DNA of 64,000 nt from Selaginella moellendorffii (Eukaryota; Plantae; Lycopodiophyta), in NCBI RefSeq assembly GCF_000143415.4, contig NW_003314275.1, forward strand, positions 1,775,029 to 1,839,028. The letters are read 5' to 3'. Under the pieces are notes generated by a model. The model had not been told where the DNA came from, did not search any database, and saw only the letters and a program-made list of their open reading frames with translations. Made by a program: the position numbers and the translations under genes. Of this stretch, positions 1-13,362 are shown one piece after another (position 1 is the stretch's first letter; each line of letters opens with the position of its first letter).

Positions 1-1932
1 TTGTTTAAAGCCCTCTCTTTAAACACTCGGGAATTATTTTCTTAACCTTGATAACCTCGCCTCTTAGCAAGCTTCAAGACCACACTTCTGCTGCACCATT
101 TTAATTTTGCGCGCTCTATAAACCATTTACGGTCGGATGTCTAGATACTTATCTACTTAGGGGAACGTTCAAGGAACTTTGTTCCTTAGCTTGCTAGGTC
201 TCTCCTTTCGCAAGCTTTCCAATTGCCATATAGTTTAACATGGACAATCCCATGTTTTAGACTCTCCATGGCATCCCAGTCGCTAGTAACAATGTGCTTG
301 AGCACCCACTTGATTCTCCACTCCCAACTTGCATAACCACCCTTGGTTATGCCTGTTAATTCCTATGGTTCGATTTTATCCCTTTACTATTTGCCTTTTG
401 GCCCCATACATTTCCTTCAGTCATTCTCCTCCGGACTAGAAAGATAGCTTTGCACTTTCTATTATGCCTTGGCAAGTATTCATAGAGATGAACCTACTTG
501 ATAGCCTGGGGAGTGGTTCTTCAATTTGGGTTTGCTCACCTTGTAATCCCACACATTGGGCTTATCGTTGTTATTTATAGGCCTTTGTATGCCCATCACT
601 AGCCTTGCCAAAATCCCTTTTTGGCTTTGTCCAATTTGGGTAGACGGACCTCTCTCGTTTCTGCAACATTGGACATTTGGATAACACTTCCTATTCATCA
701 TTCGTTAGGGGCTTTATCCCTTGGGCATTATCTATAGCCCTCATGACACAAAACACCCCCTTCTGGTGTTCTAGAATGCTTAGGTGTCCCAATGATGGCA
801 TCTTTGGCAATGAGCATTCCCTTTACGACATTGATTTATTATATCGCAACATAAGCAATTTATCCTCCCATAAGGGTATAGCTAATTTCCTTATCCCGAT
901 AAGAAGTCTTAGGTAGTTACCTTCTACCAGTTTAAGCAATTACTTTGCACCTTTTGCTTAGTTACCTCATAGTTGTCAAATCTTATAACTCATTATTGGT
1001 GCTTCCACACCTCCATCATTATTTGAGTCACCACACTCTAATTGTATGCCTTCCAACTTAGGCTATGCCATTCCCAATTTGGGAAGGGGTTCTCATAAAC
1101 CCACCAACGTGACCTCAAGATAACATGCCTTGGCACATTCGGTGTCTCCACACCATCGATTTTACAAGCCTACCTTTATGACACTCCCCACTTATGTCGG
1201 GGTCTTTGCCAAGACCAAAGTAGTTGTTTCTTATGCCAACTATTAATTAGCATTACACCATAGTGTTCACACACAACTCTATGCCAAAGCTACTTTCTTT
1301 TGGGGAATACCTTTCTCACAACTTTAATATGACACATTCTGCCATCGATGAGATACAATACTTCAAAACACACCGTGCACCACGGCGTGTTGGCGTGGTG
1401 ACACGAACACGGCCCCCAGCCGTGCTAACATGGGCTGTGTTCATTGACTCGGTCAATGCTCCAAAACACGGCTCCAAACACGGTTGAAACACGGTCAAAT
1501 ACCGTGTGACCACGCCGTGTTCTAAAACAATAGCTCACATGGTTCATGTGAGCGTTTTGCGCTTTGATGTTTTCTTGTCTTGCGATCAATCAAAAATTCC
1601 TGTGATCAATCAAAAGGTTTTTCCAGCGATCTATGGCAATTTTCTTGGGCTGGGAATGCCCTCTCTAGGATTCTAGTGCTGGAGTGGGAGGAATGGTGCT
1701 CAGCCACGCCTGATTTCGCTGCAAAAAATTCCTGATCATTGTCTCCAGGTTTGTAGATTTTCTCTCCCAAATTTTCTCCTTGGATTGCTTCTGCCATAAT
1801 TCTTAGCTGCTTGGCATTGCATCTTTGTAGATTGCTATGATTCTTAGTTGCTTGGCGTTGCGATTGTGTTATTGACAGCGTGATTCTAAAATTTTGAGTT
1901 TTTCAAAATTTTTTAGGCACAGGGCGTGACCG

Positions 1933-2132
1933 ATTGTGGATTGGAACAGGAGCAAGGTGTGGGATTTTAGAGGCTGAGCAATTGTGGATTGGAGCAGCAG
2001 CAGGGTGTGGGATTTTAGAGGCTGAGCAATTGTGGATTGGAGCAGCAGCAGGGTGTGGGATTTTAGAGGTTGGACTGAGTGATTGTGGATTGGAGTAGAA
2101 GCAGGTGCAGGATTTTAGAGGTTGAGCTGAGT
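1933..2132 (+). repeat. ~48-bp tandem repeat (~4 copies) upstream of the hAT transposase ATG
   Basis: ATTGTGGATTGGAGCAGCAGCAGGGTGTGGGATTTTAGAGG-type units start at 1933, 1981, 2029, 2082. Confidence 0.85.
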
Positions 2133-2133
2133 G

Positions 2134-4203
2134 ATGGCATCTGGGAGCTAGAGCAGGAGGACTTCAACAGGGCGACATCCATCATCCGTTTGGTGGGAAG
2201 AAGTGATCCTTGGTGATCAAACAAACTGCCGTAGTGGGCATCGACGCTGGTCTTGCAAGTGGTGTTTGTTGAGAGACAAAGTTTCAGGTGTGGATCGTGT
2301 GAGGGGACATCTCACAAGGGAAGCTGGTCATGAAATCTTAAGTTGTGATGTCATCTCAGCAGAGAAGAGACAACAGCTTAGGGAGATGGCTAAAACCATC
2401 GATGACCAGGTTTTGGCTGGAAAACACCAAAGCAAGAAACGAGCAGTTTCTACACGTGTCGAAGGCATCCAAAGCACTGGAGGAGAGAGTTTTGTTGCTT
2501 CCCAGAGTTCTACACCAGGTGGCAATTCTGTAGAAGGAATTTCCAGGTTTTTTTCGCAACGACAGCAAGGAATCTGGGATTCTTTTGATCCAAAAAGGAA
2601 GGAAGCAGTGGATATGGCTATAGGACGATTTTTCTAGAACAAGCACATACCATTTGTGAAAGCTCGTTCTCACCATTTCAAGGAGATGGTGCAGCAGATT
2701 GCAAGGCATGGAATTCCCTACGATCTTCCAACAGAGACAACATTGCGAGAGCAATTGTTGCAAGTGGAGAAAGCCAATCTTGAAGTTCAACTTGCCAAGG
2801 TGAAGGCACGTTGGAAGAATTGTGGGGTTACTCTTGTTGCTGATGCATGGAATGACACAAGAAATCGACATATCATGGGGCTTGGGCTTGTTGCATACAG
2901 CAGAGGACAGTCGACTTTTCTTGAGGCCATTGATATATCTTCTAGTGGGAAGACGGCTGATAATGTTTTTGCGACATGGGAGCGAGGTATTGAGATTGTT
3001 GGAGAGGAGAATGTTGTTCTTATTGTCACGGATGGTGAGGCTTCAAACAAGGCTGCTGCTAGGCTTCTAGAGGCGAGGAAGCCAAGGATTATGTGGGCTC
3101 TGTGCTTAGCTCATTGTTTGAACAACATTCTCAAGGATTTCGCAAAACTACCATGGATGGTTGGGCTGCTAGACAAGGGAAAGACTCTGGTTGGCTTCCT
3201 CCGGAACCATTCGCATCTAGTAGCGATTTTAGCATCCTTCTCTTCACGACGAGTGTTGAAGTTCAATGAAACACAATTCACCTTCAACTTTCTTATGATG
3301 GAGAGATTGGTGGAGCTGAGGCCAAAGCTACAACAAATGTTTGTGAGCGACGCTTACAATGCAAGGCTAGAGTCAAGGACAGATTCTGGGATAGCATACC
3401 GAGGAATTGTGTTCAACGATACATACTAGAACGAGGTTAACCACATGTTGGGTGTTTCAAGGAGGGTGATGTATTTGCTACGGATGGTTGACGGAGACGT
3501 GCCTATGATTGGGAAGGTCTATGAGGGGATGGATCAGATGAGCGAGAACATCCGTCAACAAGAGGAGAACAATCTTAGGTATGAGGAGCTAAACCAACTG
3601 ATTTCAAACAGGTGGTGGGCTTATCATAGCACCTTTCACTCCGTGGCATACATGCTTGATCCAGAGTTTCAGGGGCGAGGACAAGAAAAATCCAGGGAAG
3701 TTTCCAAAGATTGGAACACGTACTTGGAGATTCAGTTCCCTGACTATCAGCAAAGGTCAACTATAAAAAATCAGCTTTGCCAATATAGGAACTTGGAGGG
3801 TAGTTTTGGCACCGGGGACTCTCAGATGGATCGTACAACAAAGGGTTCTGGGTAGTGGTGGGAGGACAATGGCTACTCAGGTCCAGATTTGCAGAGGTTG
3901 GCAATTCGAGTGCTTAGTCAGGCAAGTTCTTCCTCATCTGTGGAGCGATTGTTCAGCATTTTTGGGCACATCGCTTCAAAGAAGAGGAATTGCTTAGTAG
4001 TGAGCTGGATTGCAGACTTGGTATTTGTGGCCAGTAATACCAAGTTGATAGGGAGCCACACTTCCTATGACAAGTTTGTGGGATTGAGCCAGACAGGAAG
4101 TATTCCTCAAATTACTGATGCTGATATTGAAGCTATGGAAGAAAAGGATGAAGACAAAGATGATGATCTTGCTAATGAGGAGCTTCTAGATGAGATGGAG
4201 TGA
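2134..4203 (+). pseudogene. hAT transposase (BED-type zinc finger, DUF659-like core, C-terminal dimerisation domain) with four in-frame TAG stops
   Basis: ORFs 2203, 2656, 3445 and 3889 share one frame with the ATG at 2134. Motifs WSCKWC..RVRGHL, TLVADAWND, VTDGEAS, CLAHCLNNILKD, WWED..LAIRVLSQASSSSSVERLFS. Stops at 2149, 2635, 3427, 3853. Confidence 0.92.
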
Positions 4204-5162
4204 TAAGTAGAATATTCTAGAGAATATTTGTGTTTTCACCCGTGTTTATCCGTGTTCATTTCCATGTTCTGTGTTCGTGTTCAAAAAATTGAATGCCGTG
4301 TTCGTGTTCATGTTCGTGTTTTGAAGCTATGATGAGATACCCTCTGTTCTCATACTTGGATCCTATAATCCCCCCCATCCTTCGTGGGGTACAACACACC
4401 TCAGTCCAAATACTTCTATCAATCCTTTAGGATTATTCCTTGACTCTATTTGAGTCATCCAACTTTTGGACTTTGCATTCGACGACCCGTGAGGTCTTAC
4501 CTTTGAAGTGCCAGCTCCATGGAATATAATTTCTTATATTTAGGTCCTACTCACAAGGACCATCTTTGCAAGTGTTACTCCGACACTTGATTTGTTCTCT
4601 TGGGGCAACCTTTTGCCTTTTAGAACCACTTGTCTATGTGATGAGAATACCAACTCATCCTCTGAGTACACCCCCAACTCCTTGGGTTGTTCCAGCATTT
4701 ATTAGAGGTAGCCCCAGCTACCATTTCAAGGACTTGTGTCCTTTTCTGTAATTGACCTCCCACGGTCATCAATTCCAGTCTCAAATTTATGACCACCAAC
4801 CTCAATTATATGAGGGTAATCTTGTGACTCCTTTATTGTTTTGGAGTCTGCATCTTTCTCGTGATCCCAACTGTAGTTGTTTACCACAACTACATGAGCC
4901 AGTTTGCTAAGTCAAATGCTCATCTGGATCACATTCTCAACTCTCTAATAAAACCCTTACACTGTTCCCAAAATCCAAAGTCATTCCCTTACTGGCCCTT
5001 TTCTATCCACCACATCACACCCAAGTTCATGCATGAATTTGAGTGGAGAGCCATGTCCTCTCGACATACTACTCTTCAAGGATAGGCCCACTCCTAGGAC
5101 CTTCCGATGCTAATATTAGTGGTGATATACTTGAGCACCAATAAAAGTCGAACTAAGGAACC

Positions 5163-5174
5163 GCTTCGATACCA
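5163..5174 (-). other. Primer-binding site (tRNA-Met type) of the minus-strand LTR element
   Basis: Minus strand reads TGGTATCGAAGC (consensus TGGTATCAGAGC), 3 nt from the LTR boundary. Confidence 0.7.
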
Positions 5175-5177
5175 TGT

Positions 5178-6293
5178 TATAAGCGACTAAATTTTCCCTT
5201 CTACTTTAGTCACTTAACCACACCTCCGACCACTGGGAGGAGTCTCACTCATAACTTCCATAAGTCCTATTTCAGACTTGGGTTTGCTAGCCCTGAGAAT
5301 GGCATCCCCACCACTCAACTTTTGCACTTGGTCTAAGTGCTCCATGTGTCTGATCCCATGATCGACACCCCAAGGTACTATTGACATATCAGCTTATTAC
5401 GCTAAGGCCATGCCCCTTCACCTTGGTTATACCGGTGGTCTAACACCATCTGCATCACAGTCCCGTCTCTCAGAGACTGGGCCATCCATCCATGAGTGAT
5501 CATCCCATATCCACTCCTTAGCATCCTTAGGATCCCCACAGACATGGGGATTAGCCTTCCCCAATATCCCTTTTCCAGTCCCCACCAAGTCCCTTTTTGT
5601 CCATAGCCGTGTTTGCCAACACTACCACTAGATCAAGGCCTACAAGCCCGACCACTAAGTCCCTTGGTCCTTTGGGACTTCCTCCTCACATGACCGTATC
5701 CTTGGTTTCTACACTAGAGGATGGCTCTTCTTCCTTTTCACAATCTGGAACTTTGGGGCAACATTTCGGAATACCGTGGCCTTACGCGAGCCTCGTGGGT
5801 ACTCTCCCCACCTTCAGCCTTTGGGTGTTCTAGCCATGGGGTTAGAGCGAGGTTTCGTTGAGCCACGCTAGGTATCCAAGTAGGTAGTGCCACCCACACA
5901 ATCCGCATCTCCATAATCTGCTCAACCGGATGGGTTCTTCGACCACTGAACATGAGCAGGACTGGGAGCATCGATCATTTGATCTCTCGGGGGAACTAGA
6001 GCCCGGTCTTGAACACTTTACCAAACTACCCCGCTTGTTGGTCTGTATTCACTCTAGTCTTGGGGTACAGCCTTCCTGGGCCAAACTGGCCTTTCCTAGC
6101 CAAACTGGCTCCATTGTAGTCCTCCCCCTTACTATACTTTTGGAGCTCACCAAACCCCCCAGGGTCTAGGAGACAAATGGTTTGGGCTTTCACCCTCTCG
6201 GACTCGGACTCGAACTCGGACTCGGACTTGGGCTTGGGCTTGGGCTTGGGCTTGAACTCGGACTCGGCTTGGGCTTGGGCTCGGTCTATCATA
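5178..6293 (-). mobile_element. Long terminal repeat (5' LTR of the minus-strand element)
   Basis: Aligns by eye over ~900 bp with 47045-48510. Both copies start T(G/A)TAAG(C/T)GACTAAA, end ...TATCATA and carry GGACTC/GGGCTT hexamer arrays near the right end. Adjacent PBS. Confidence 0.75.
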
Positions 6294-6636
6294 CCTTCAG
6301 GAATTGAGGGTGCTCCAAAGTGATTTCATGGGTCTAGGTGTGAAGAAAGCAGATAGACATTGTGAAGAAAGCAGTAGGGACTTAGGCAAGCAGCCTGAGC
6401 TAGGTGGGAAGAAAGTAGCAACATTGTGAAGATTGAATAAAACTCAAACTTTTAACTCTAATCTAAGTGTGAAAAAAGAAAAAAAGAATTGTGAAGAAAG
6501 TAATGGAGACTTGAGTTGTTTGAAGACCAAAGCACTAGAAGAAAGCAGCAAAGAAAGTGGTGGTGCATCAGGAGTCCTTGGGAACAAGTTGTAAACACTC
6601 AAGGTAGACCTAAGTCCTCAAGAGGGCCAAATGAGG

Positions 6637-6766
6637 GTTGTTGGATTGTTGGATGAGCTATAATGTTTGTTGGATTGTTGGATGGCTATAATATTTGTAT
6701 TAAATTGTTAATGGCTATTTAATGTTTGTTGGATTATTGGATGGCTATAATGTTTATATTAAATTG
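6637..6766. repeat. ~29-30 bp tandem repeat (4-5 copies)
   Basis: TAATGTTTGTTGGATTGTTGGATGGCTA-like units repeated. Confidence 0.7.
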
Positions 6767-9210
6767 CAATTGAAAATTGAGCTCAACTTGCGAGCTCAAA
6801 TCTTTAATTTGTGAGCTCAAGAATGGTCTATATTTAACTAGGGTATGCATTAACATGATCTTCCCATCATTGATATGCCCTCCTATCTACTACCTATAGC
6901 TTCCACCTGCCCACTTGTTTATGTATGGCCCCTGCCCACCCACTCAATTGTCTATAGCTTTCACCTACACCCGCCCACTCGCTTGCACCCTTGCCTATGC
7001 CTAGTGTCTGCCCTAATTATTTTCCACGTGTGTTGAGTGGGAAGAGTTTTTAGAAGATTTTGGTTTTTAGGTTTATAGGGAGTAAATATCTTTTATACTT
7101 TATAAGTACTCTATATTGGAATTTTCTGCTAATTCTTTAATTTTTATGTTGAACTCTATGAATTACTGTTGCTAAACTTTGAATTGTGGATTACTTTTTT
7201 CAAATTGTTTTGTATTGACATTATTTATTGCTGCTGAATCCTATTTTTGTCAAATGTTTGGATAAATTTTAGTTTTTTGTTGTTATTCCTAATTTAAGAG
7301 TGCAATGTGTTTATTTAGAATGATTGTTTATGCAAGTGGTAATGGATATACCTAGAATAAACTTGGATATTCTGTCATCTAATATTTAATTATACTAATC
7401 TATTGTAAATTATACACATATTTAAAAATTTATAAAGTTTCTTAAACACCTTTGAGTATATTCTAACTTATTCTATAATATTTGTTGATATGAAATTAAA
7501 TTAATCTTTTTTTGTAAATTATAAATACATTTATAGTTTATAAGCTTTCTTTTAATTCTTCTTAATATTTTTCTCTAGCTTCAATATCTTCTCTGGAGGT
7601 GCTAGGGATCATAAGCTTGGATAAATATGCTTTGGAAGGGCATTTTTGTCATGATTGTCAACAGTTATATTAGTCATTCTATGGGAGCTTTTGTGACAAA
7701 CAGTTTATAATTGCCCAATAGAACTTTCAAATGTTCTACTTGATTTATCATTATCATATTTTCATTTTCCAAAGAGGAGGATGATATAAATTCTGTAAAT
7801 ACATTTGCTACCCACATTAGTATACTAATATAGCATATATTCTTGTATCCTTTATAATGATGAGATATTTTAATTTATTACACAAAAATATTCTAGCATA
7901 TTTAAAGAATATATATATTCTAACAAAATATTCTTTAGTGAACTGTCTTTTAACTCCCCTTTCTTTTTGCCAACTGGTTATGAAGTATGCTGAAGTATGC
8001 AATCTGAATCCAATGAGACAGGATCCACATGTCTATCACCGTGTTCCTACACCATGTGTGAATTATTGGGTAGTTCTCATGACCTTCAACAATGCCTTCT
8101 ATGTGCCTCTGGCCAAGTATCTCTATCATGTTGCGTAGCCTTCCAACCTGTCCAGGCTCAACTCCATGGGACCCCTTGGGCCAAGAGGGATCTCCCTAGT
8201 CTCCTGGAAAACCAGGCTGCTTTGCACCACTTGGCTATCTACCTGCATAGAATGGAAGACATTCAGGCAGCTCAAGCACAAGAGAGTGTAGGGAGTATTC
8301 TTATGCCTAACAAGCCCCAAAAACGACAAGTGTGTGGTACTGGGAAATTTGGCCAAGTGATTGTTTGAATCAGTTGTGAGGACAATGGTGTTCTAGAATC
8401 TCGTGCTACCGTGCTACTGGGCTCCAACGTTAAATGCCCGGGTGAGTATTTTGGGAGGATTCAGTGGCTTTAGTGACTGGAGCTCGCAAGCTTTGCCAAG
8501 CCTTTTCTATGAGCCATGATGCCGGGAATGAAGAATGCAATAAAGAGCTCGATTGATTGTGCCCGACATAAAGTTTATTTTATTTTATTTTTAGATGGAA
8601 CACAAAATATCTTCTGTGGCCGTTCCAAATTTCAAATGAGCCCTTGGTGGGGTGATGTGATATTCACCCCACGGACCATCTGGAGATCTCGTGAAATCGT
8701 TCGTGGAACGGACATTTCCCCCAGCTTAAGCGACAAGTTTGTGACTCGGAGCTTCTTGAGCTTGGAATAAAATCACCAAAAGCAAAAGTTATATTTCAAG
8801 AATCAGCTCAAGCTCATTGAAGAGAAATGGATGAACCAGTGCATTGTTGATGGATGGCAACTGGAGGAAGTTCACCACCCAAGGAAAGAGCAACCAAGAC
8901 GAAGGAGACTTCAAGAGCTTGGTTCTGGATCTTTTTGGTTTTTTTTTGTTGTGTGTGTGTAAACATTTCCTCCTCAGCCCTTCTTCGCATTAATAAAAAA
9001 CAAACAAAGCCAAAAAAGAGCTAAGCTTTGCCATGTCGTAGCTATGAACAACTCCCAGCCATTTCGTTTTGCCTCAGTAAACCTGATAAACGACTAATTA
9101 ATACAAAGCTATAAATTTTAAGTTTTAAATTCAAACAAAAAATCCAGAAAAAAAGTTACATGCACTGGTTGCCATTCATTTTTTCACGAATTCGAATCCA
9201 GCTGATCAGA

Positions 9211-10209
9211 ATGTCTTGTTCCTGCTCTTTGACGAGCCATGGAGAATCAAGCGTCGCGGCTAGTACCACCACCAAATTCTTGCACAAGAGTTCTTCCACC
9301 ACAAAATCTGGATGGACTCGCTTGAAATCGCCCAGAAAATCAGGTTTGTCCTCAACGTGCTCGACACGCGGGAGGGTCGTGTGCGACATCTCCGATTACA
9401 TTGGCGGGGATTTGCTGCGCTTCGACAGGGGCAAATTCTACAAAGATGTGGAGAAATTCGGCTCCATTGCCATCTATCCTCCTCCAGAGGGAGGCTACGA
9501 AGGGAGGTACGCAAACAAGCTCCAAATGGAAGGCTACCATATCATGGCCATGAGCGCCAAGGGATTGGGAGACCTCGAGTCTTATCTCACCAAAGTTCAT
9601 GGAGTTCGCCCAGTAAGTTAGAATTTAATGTAGAAGTTGTTCTTTTCTTATGTATGTTTTTTTTTTAGCCTCATCTGGGGAAGCAAGCGATTTCAGTGTG
9701 GTATTTCCCTCCCGAGATCGATTATAGATTGTCTATGCTTCCAGAAGATTGCAAGGGCCTCGTTCTATGGCTTCTCGAATGCGAGGTAAACAAACAAACA
9801 AGAAAAAAAACAGAGTGGATTCTTAGCTCTAGATACTTTTTGGAATTTGTGCTTGTTTCTTAGGTGCTGTCCAAGGCAGAGCTCCAGTTTCTAACTTTGT
9901 TGCCTGCGCTACGCCCCAAAGTCCGGGTCATTGCGGAGTGTGGAGGATGGTAACTTGGATAGAATCGATCTGGATCAAATCTAAGTGATGCTAAACTTGC
10001 TTTTCCACAGGCGAAAGTTTGTGTGGACACCTCTCAAGAACATTGCCGGGACATCGGTTCCAGACGAATCCCAAGTTTCCAAAGAGATTAGCAAGCCTTT
10101 GGTGCTCGTCCCAGAGCAAGGCAAGGATTTGGTCGCCCCAGATTCCTCCAGATCGTCGCCCGAAGCATCAGCACAAGAGCAACAAGAAGCAAACACCCTC
10201 TCATCTTGA
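9211..10209 (+). CDS. NdhN: Chloroplast NDH complex subunit N; exons 9211-9612, 9669-9785, 9864-9949, 10011-10209
   Basis: Ser/Thr-rich transit peptide followed by DYIGGDLL..AIYPPPEGGYEGRY..GLGDLESYLTKVHGVRP|PHLGKQ..PPEIDYRL..KGLVLWLLE..|VLSKAELQFL..RPKVRVIAECGGW|RKFVW. GT-AG introns keep the frame. An upstream in-frame ATG exists at 9160. Confidence 0.93.
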
Positions 10210-11488
10210 TCATCTCGAGATCTTCCAAGTTTCAAGAAACTCGTCTTCCCCGTACAAACTTAGACTGGATTGGATGATCGCGACAAAATGCGGATTAGAA
10301 GGATCAAACTGTGTGTTCTCCTCATCTCAATCATTGACGGTATAGTCCAAATTATGGAAACAGTTGTCTCCATTCCACCGTCCAAGCAAGAACCCTAACC
10401 TTGAAAAGGTGACAAAGCGTAAATCTAAGGAATCTCAGCGACATGCTTCCATGTTTTGTGGCGCATTGCGCGGGCCAAGACGTGCCCGACCCGTCGGTCC
10501 GGTTGGTTGGTTGGCCATGCATGACATTCGGACATTGGTGGCACGAACAAAAATTTAACATGCCACGCTTCTCTTGGCGTTTGTAACCATTGTTCCATTT
10601 TTCTAAGTTGATCAAATCCAAGCTTGGTTTGTTTGTATGTTTCAAGTTGACCTAACATCTTGATCTAGATCCCAAAGGATTGAGGGGTGCATTGCATCTA
10701 ACCCATAGTTTTATCGATTTGGGATGGTTATTCTCTTGGCAGAAGACAATGTCACAAATTAGCTGGTCTCACGTTTCCAAAGGGTTTGTTTTGTGTGCTT
10801 GGAATTAAACAAATTCGAGCGCGAATGATTGTAGCTTTGAATGCAAGCTAGATCGATCCATTCACACTACTCGAGTTTTAAAATTTTCGTGGCAAAGGTG
10901 TGAGGGCACGACGAAATATCCCACAACTACGTGGGAGAGCCCTAATTGATCTTTACCTGTTTGAAAATCTCACGAGAAATTTCAATGTGAGGGAATGAAA
11001 ACCATGACACACATGGTTTTGCTGGGGCAAAATTTATGGGAAGTTGACGGACGAGAGGGGGAATTATAAGTGTACGGATGGGTTCCACTCTGGGGCGCGG
11101 CGGGGGTTTCTTTTTGGTTTCTCTTGTCCTTGGGTTTGGGCCACACTGGCCATTTCCGCGAGCCCTAAAACCGGGGTTCTTCTACTACAGGCAATACGCA
11201 CGGTGGCGCTGGCAGCCCAGCGCTTCGATCCACGCGCGGCGCCCGCGCTTCGATTCCTCCAGTTTGATCCGGTTTCCTCGCTCTCCTGCGCGCCTTGGAT
11301 GATATTTCGATCAGTCGGCCATCCGATTCCTCCATCTCCCCGGTCCGGATTTCGCGATCCGCTCGCCGTGGATGTGAATTCCTCCTCCTCTCCTCTCTCC
11401 TGTGGCGGAGCTTGGAATTCGTCGGGATCGGCGGATCGCAGGGATTTTCTTTCCACCGCTTCCAAGAAAGTGGAATATTTCCCAAGAT

Positions 11489-12775
11489 ATGGATTCTTCG
11501 ACGGCGGCGGCGGCGGTGTCATCGATCCCGCCGGGCGCAGGATCCAGTGTGGGAGTGACAGTTGCAGGATCGTCCACGGCGGAGGAGGATTCTTCTTCTT
11601 CCAGGAAGAATTCCAGGAGCAGTAGCGGCGGCGGATCCAAGCAGCAGCAAAAGAAGAAATTCGTGGGTGTGAGGCAGAGGCCGTCGGGGCGATGGGTAGC
11701 GGAGATCAAAGATTCGACGCAGAAGCTCCGGCTGTGGCTGGGCACTTTCGACAATGCCGAGGACGCCGCCCGGGCATACGACGACGCCGCGAGAGCTCTC
11801 CGCGGCGCCAACACCCGGACCAATTTCAAGCTGCCAGGGAACGCTAGCGGACGATTCTCCAAGGCGACGCGGATGCTCCTTCAGCGCGTCGCGATGAGAT
11901 CGTCTGGCAGCGAGGCTCTCAAGGAGAATCAAGCCTTGATCGCCGGCGACAACAACAATCCAGGAGCCGTGGCAGTAGCGGGGGCATTTCCCCATGGCCT
12001 GTATCATGCCGCTGGTGGATCTTCTTCAGACTCTTCGCCCATGCAGAGCTTCTCTTCGCAGCAAGTCCCCGGCAAAGACAAGCTCGCCGCTGTAGATCCA
12101 GGCAAGTCCATAGCTCCTCGCGCTCTCCAGCAGCACCAATTCTACAGCACCTCTCCCTTCGGTGGTGGATTCCAATCGCCAACGCTCGCCACCCAACAGC
12201 AAATCCACAGCAAGAGTGTCTATGGGGCGTTCATAGAGAAGCTTGGCAAGGTGCCAAGACCACCACCGCCACCTCCTGCCAAGCACGATCTTCCATACGT
12301 GAATGGCTACCACGGGCCACTTGTGTCCGAGAACGAACGCGCTCCTCAAGAGACGACGATGATGATGGAGTTCCAAGACGATCAAGGTGGTGGCGGCGGC
12401 GACGACTACATTTTCAAGTCCTACTCCGCCGCGTCCTCGCGCTTCATGTCTCCCTCGATCCGGGTACCTCCCTCCGACAGATACAAAGTGGCCCCGTCCA
12501 TTCACGTCTACAACACGGCGGCGCAAGCGGCGGCGGCGGCCGCCGCCGACCTGTCCGACTCCGACGCTCTCATCCAAGCTCCAAACATCCGCGGGAGCGA
12601 ATCGCCCATCATTCTCAACAAGGACGATCCGATGGTCTCGGCGGTCCCAGCGGCGGCGATGGCGATCAGCTCCTGCGACTCGGTCTCTCCCGGCCCCTCG
12701 ACGCCCAGCTGCGAGGAGGAGGAATCGTCCAGCTTCTGGAGCTACTTCGACCAGGCGCTGTGTGCCGTGACTTGA
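11489..12775 (+). CDS. AP2/ERF transcription factor, single AP2 domain, intronless
   Basis: [58 protein letters not shown]. First in-frame ATG is at 11489. Acidic FWSY C-terminus. Confidence 0.92.
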   Translation: MDSSTAAAAVSSIPPGAGSSVGVTVAGSSTAEEDSSSSRKNSRSSSGGGSKQQQKKKFVGVRQRPSGRWVAEIKDSTQKLRLWLGTFDNAEDAARAYDDAARALRGANTRTNFKLPGNASGRFSKATRMLLQRVAMRSSGSEALKENQALIAGDNNNPGAVAVAGAFPHGLYHAAGGSSSDSSPMQSFSSQQVPGKDKLAAVDPGKSIAPRALQQHQFYSTSPFGGGFQSPTLATQQQIHSKSVYGAFIEKLGKVPRPPPPPPAKHDLPYVNGYHGPLVSENERAPQETTMMMEFQDDQGGGGGDDYIFKSYSAASSRFMSPSIRVPPSDRYKVAPSIHVYNTAAQAAAAAAADLSDSDALIQAPNIRGSESPIILNKDDPMVSAVPAAAMAISSCDSVSPGPSTPSCEEEESSSFWSYFDQALCAVT

Positions 12776-13362
12776 AAGCGAGGCAGGGCGAGAGCTTTCC
12801 GGTTGTGGCCAGCGCACACGAAAGAGGTAACGCGATCGTGCGCGATTTTTATACCACCACTCACTCGCTGGCTCACTCATTTCTCGGTGATCGCAGAGAT
12901 AGGCAGACATGGAAAGGGAGGAAGTCCTCCAATCTAAATGCCGCGCGCGAGGCAGGCACCCACCAGCACTAGCAGCACTGACCCAGGAGAAGAGGAGGCT
13001 TCATTCATGTCGTGCATTCATTCTTCCAGAGACGATCTCGCGAAGCTGTAATTATACAGGCGTGTACAATCCGTTTTGCTTTTCATGTTCCAGTCCAATA
13101 AGTAAACACGAGGTTTGCTCATACTTCGCTACAGAGAAAGAAAATCGAACAAAAGTGCCTAGTGCCAACTCTTTTTGTCAGTTCCCTTGATCAAATCAAA
13201 TCAATCAATGAGTTCTTTCCATGCGAAACAAAAGGATGAAACAATGGGTGAAGCTTGTTAGAGCACACACCAAAAAATTCTCTGGCTTTTACTCTTCCCT
13301 TCGCTGGGTCTTGTAAGGAATCAGGTAATGGTACACGCCCCTCTTCTCCTTGTTGTTCTTCA

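Larger units (their letters stand above)
1356..4331 (+). mobile_element. Complete hAT DNA transposon
   Basis: Left end CAATACTTCAAAACAC and right-end reverse complement CATAGCTTCAAAACAC (imperfect TIR). Perfect 8-bp TSD ATGAGATA at 1348-1355 and 4332-4339. CACGG/CGTGTT subterminal repeats at both ends. Internal transposase. Confidence 0.93.
1..5177 (-). mobile_element. Degenerate internal region of an LTR retrotransposon, interrupted by the hAT at 1356-4331
   Basis: Lies immediately downstream (minus strand) of the LTR at 5178-6293 and a tRNA-Met-type PBS. No long ORF survives, so the superfamily cannot be assigned confidently. Confidence 0.55.

Noticed and set aside
2134-4203. Stop-codon recoding or RNA editing of the TAG codons in the transposase
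   Set aside because: Host genes in the window use TAG as a normal stop, and C>T/G>A decay explains the pattern more simply.
7560-8400. Possible degenerate coding fragment (ORFs 7857-8138, 7997-8368)
   Set aside because: No motif could be assigned, so there was not enough support to call a feature.
11044-12910. Long antisense/alternate-frame ORFs over the ERF gene (likewise over the PPR and second ERF)
   Set aside because: They are expected by-products of GC-rich coding DNA and show no recognisable domains.
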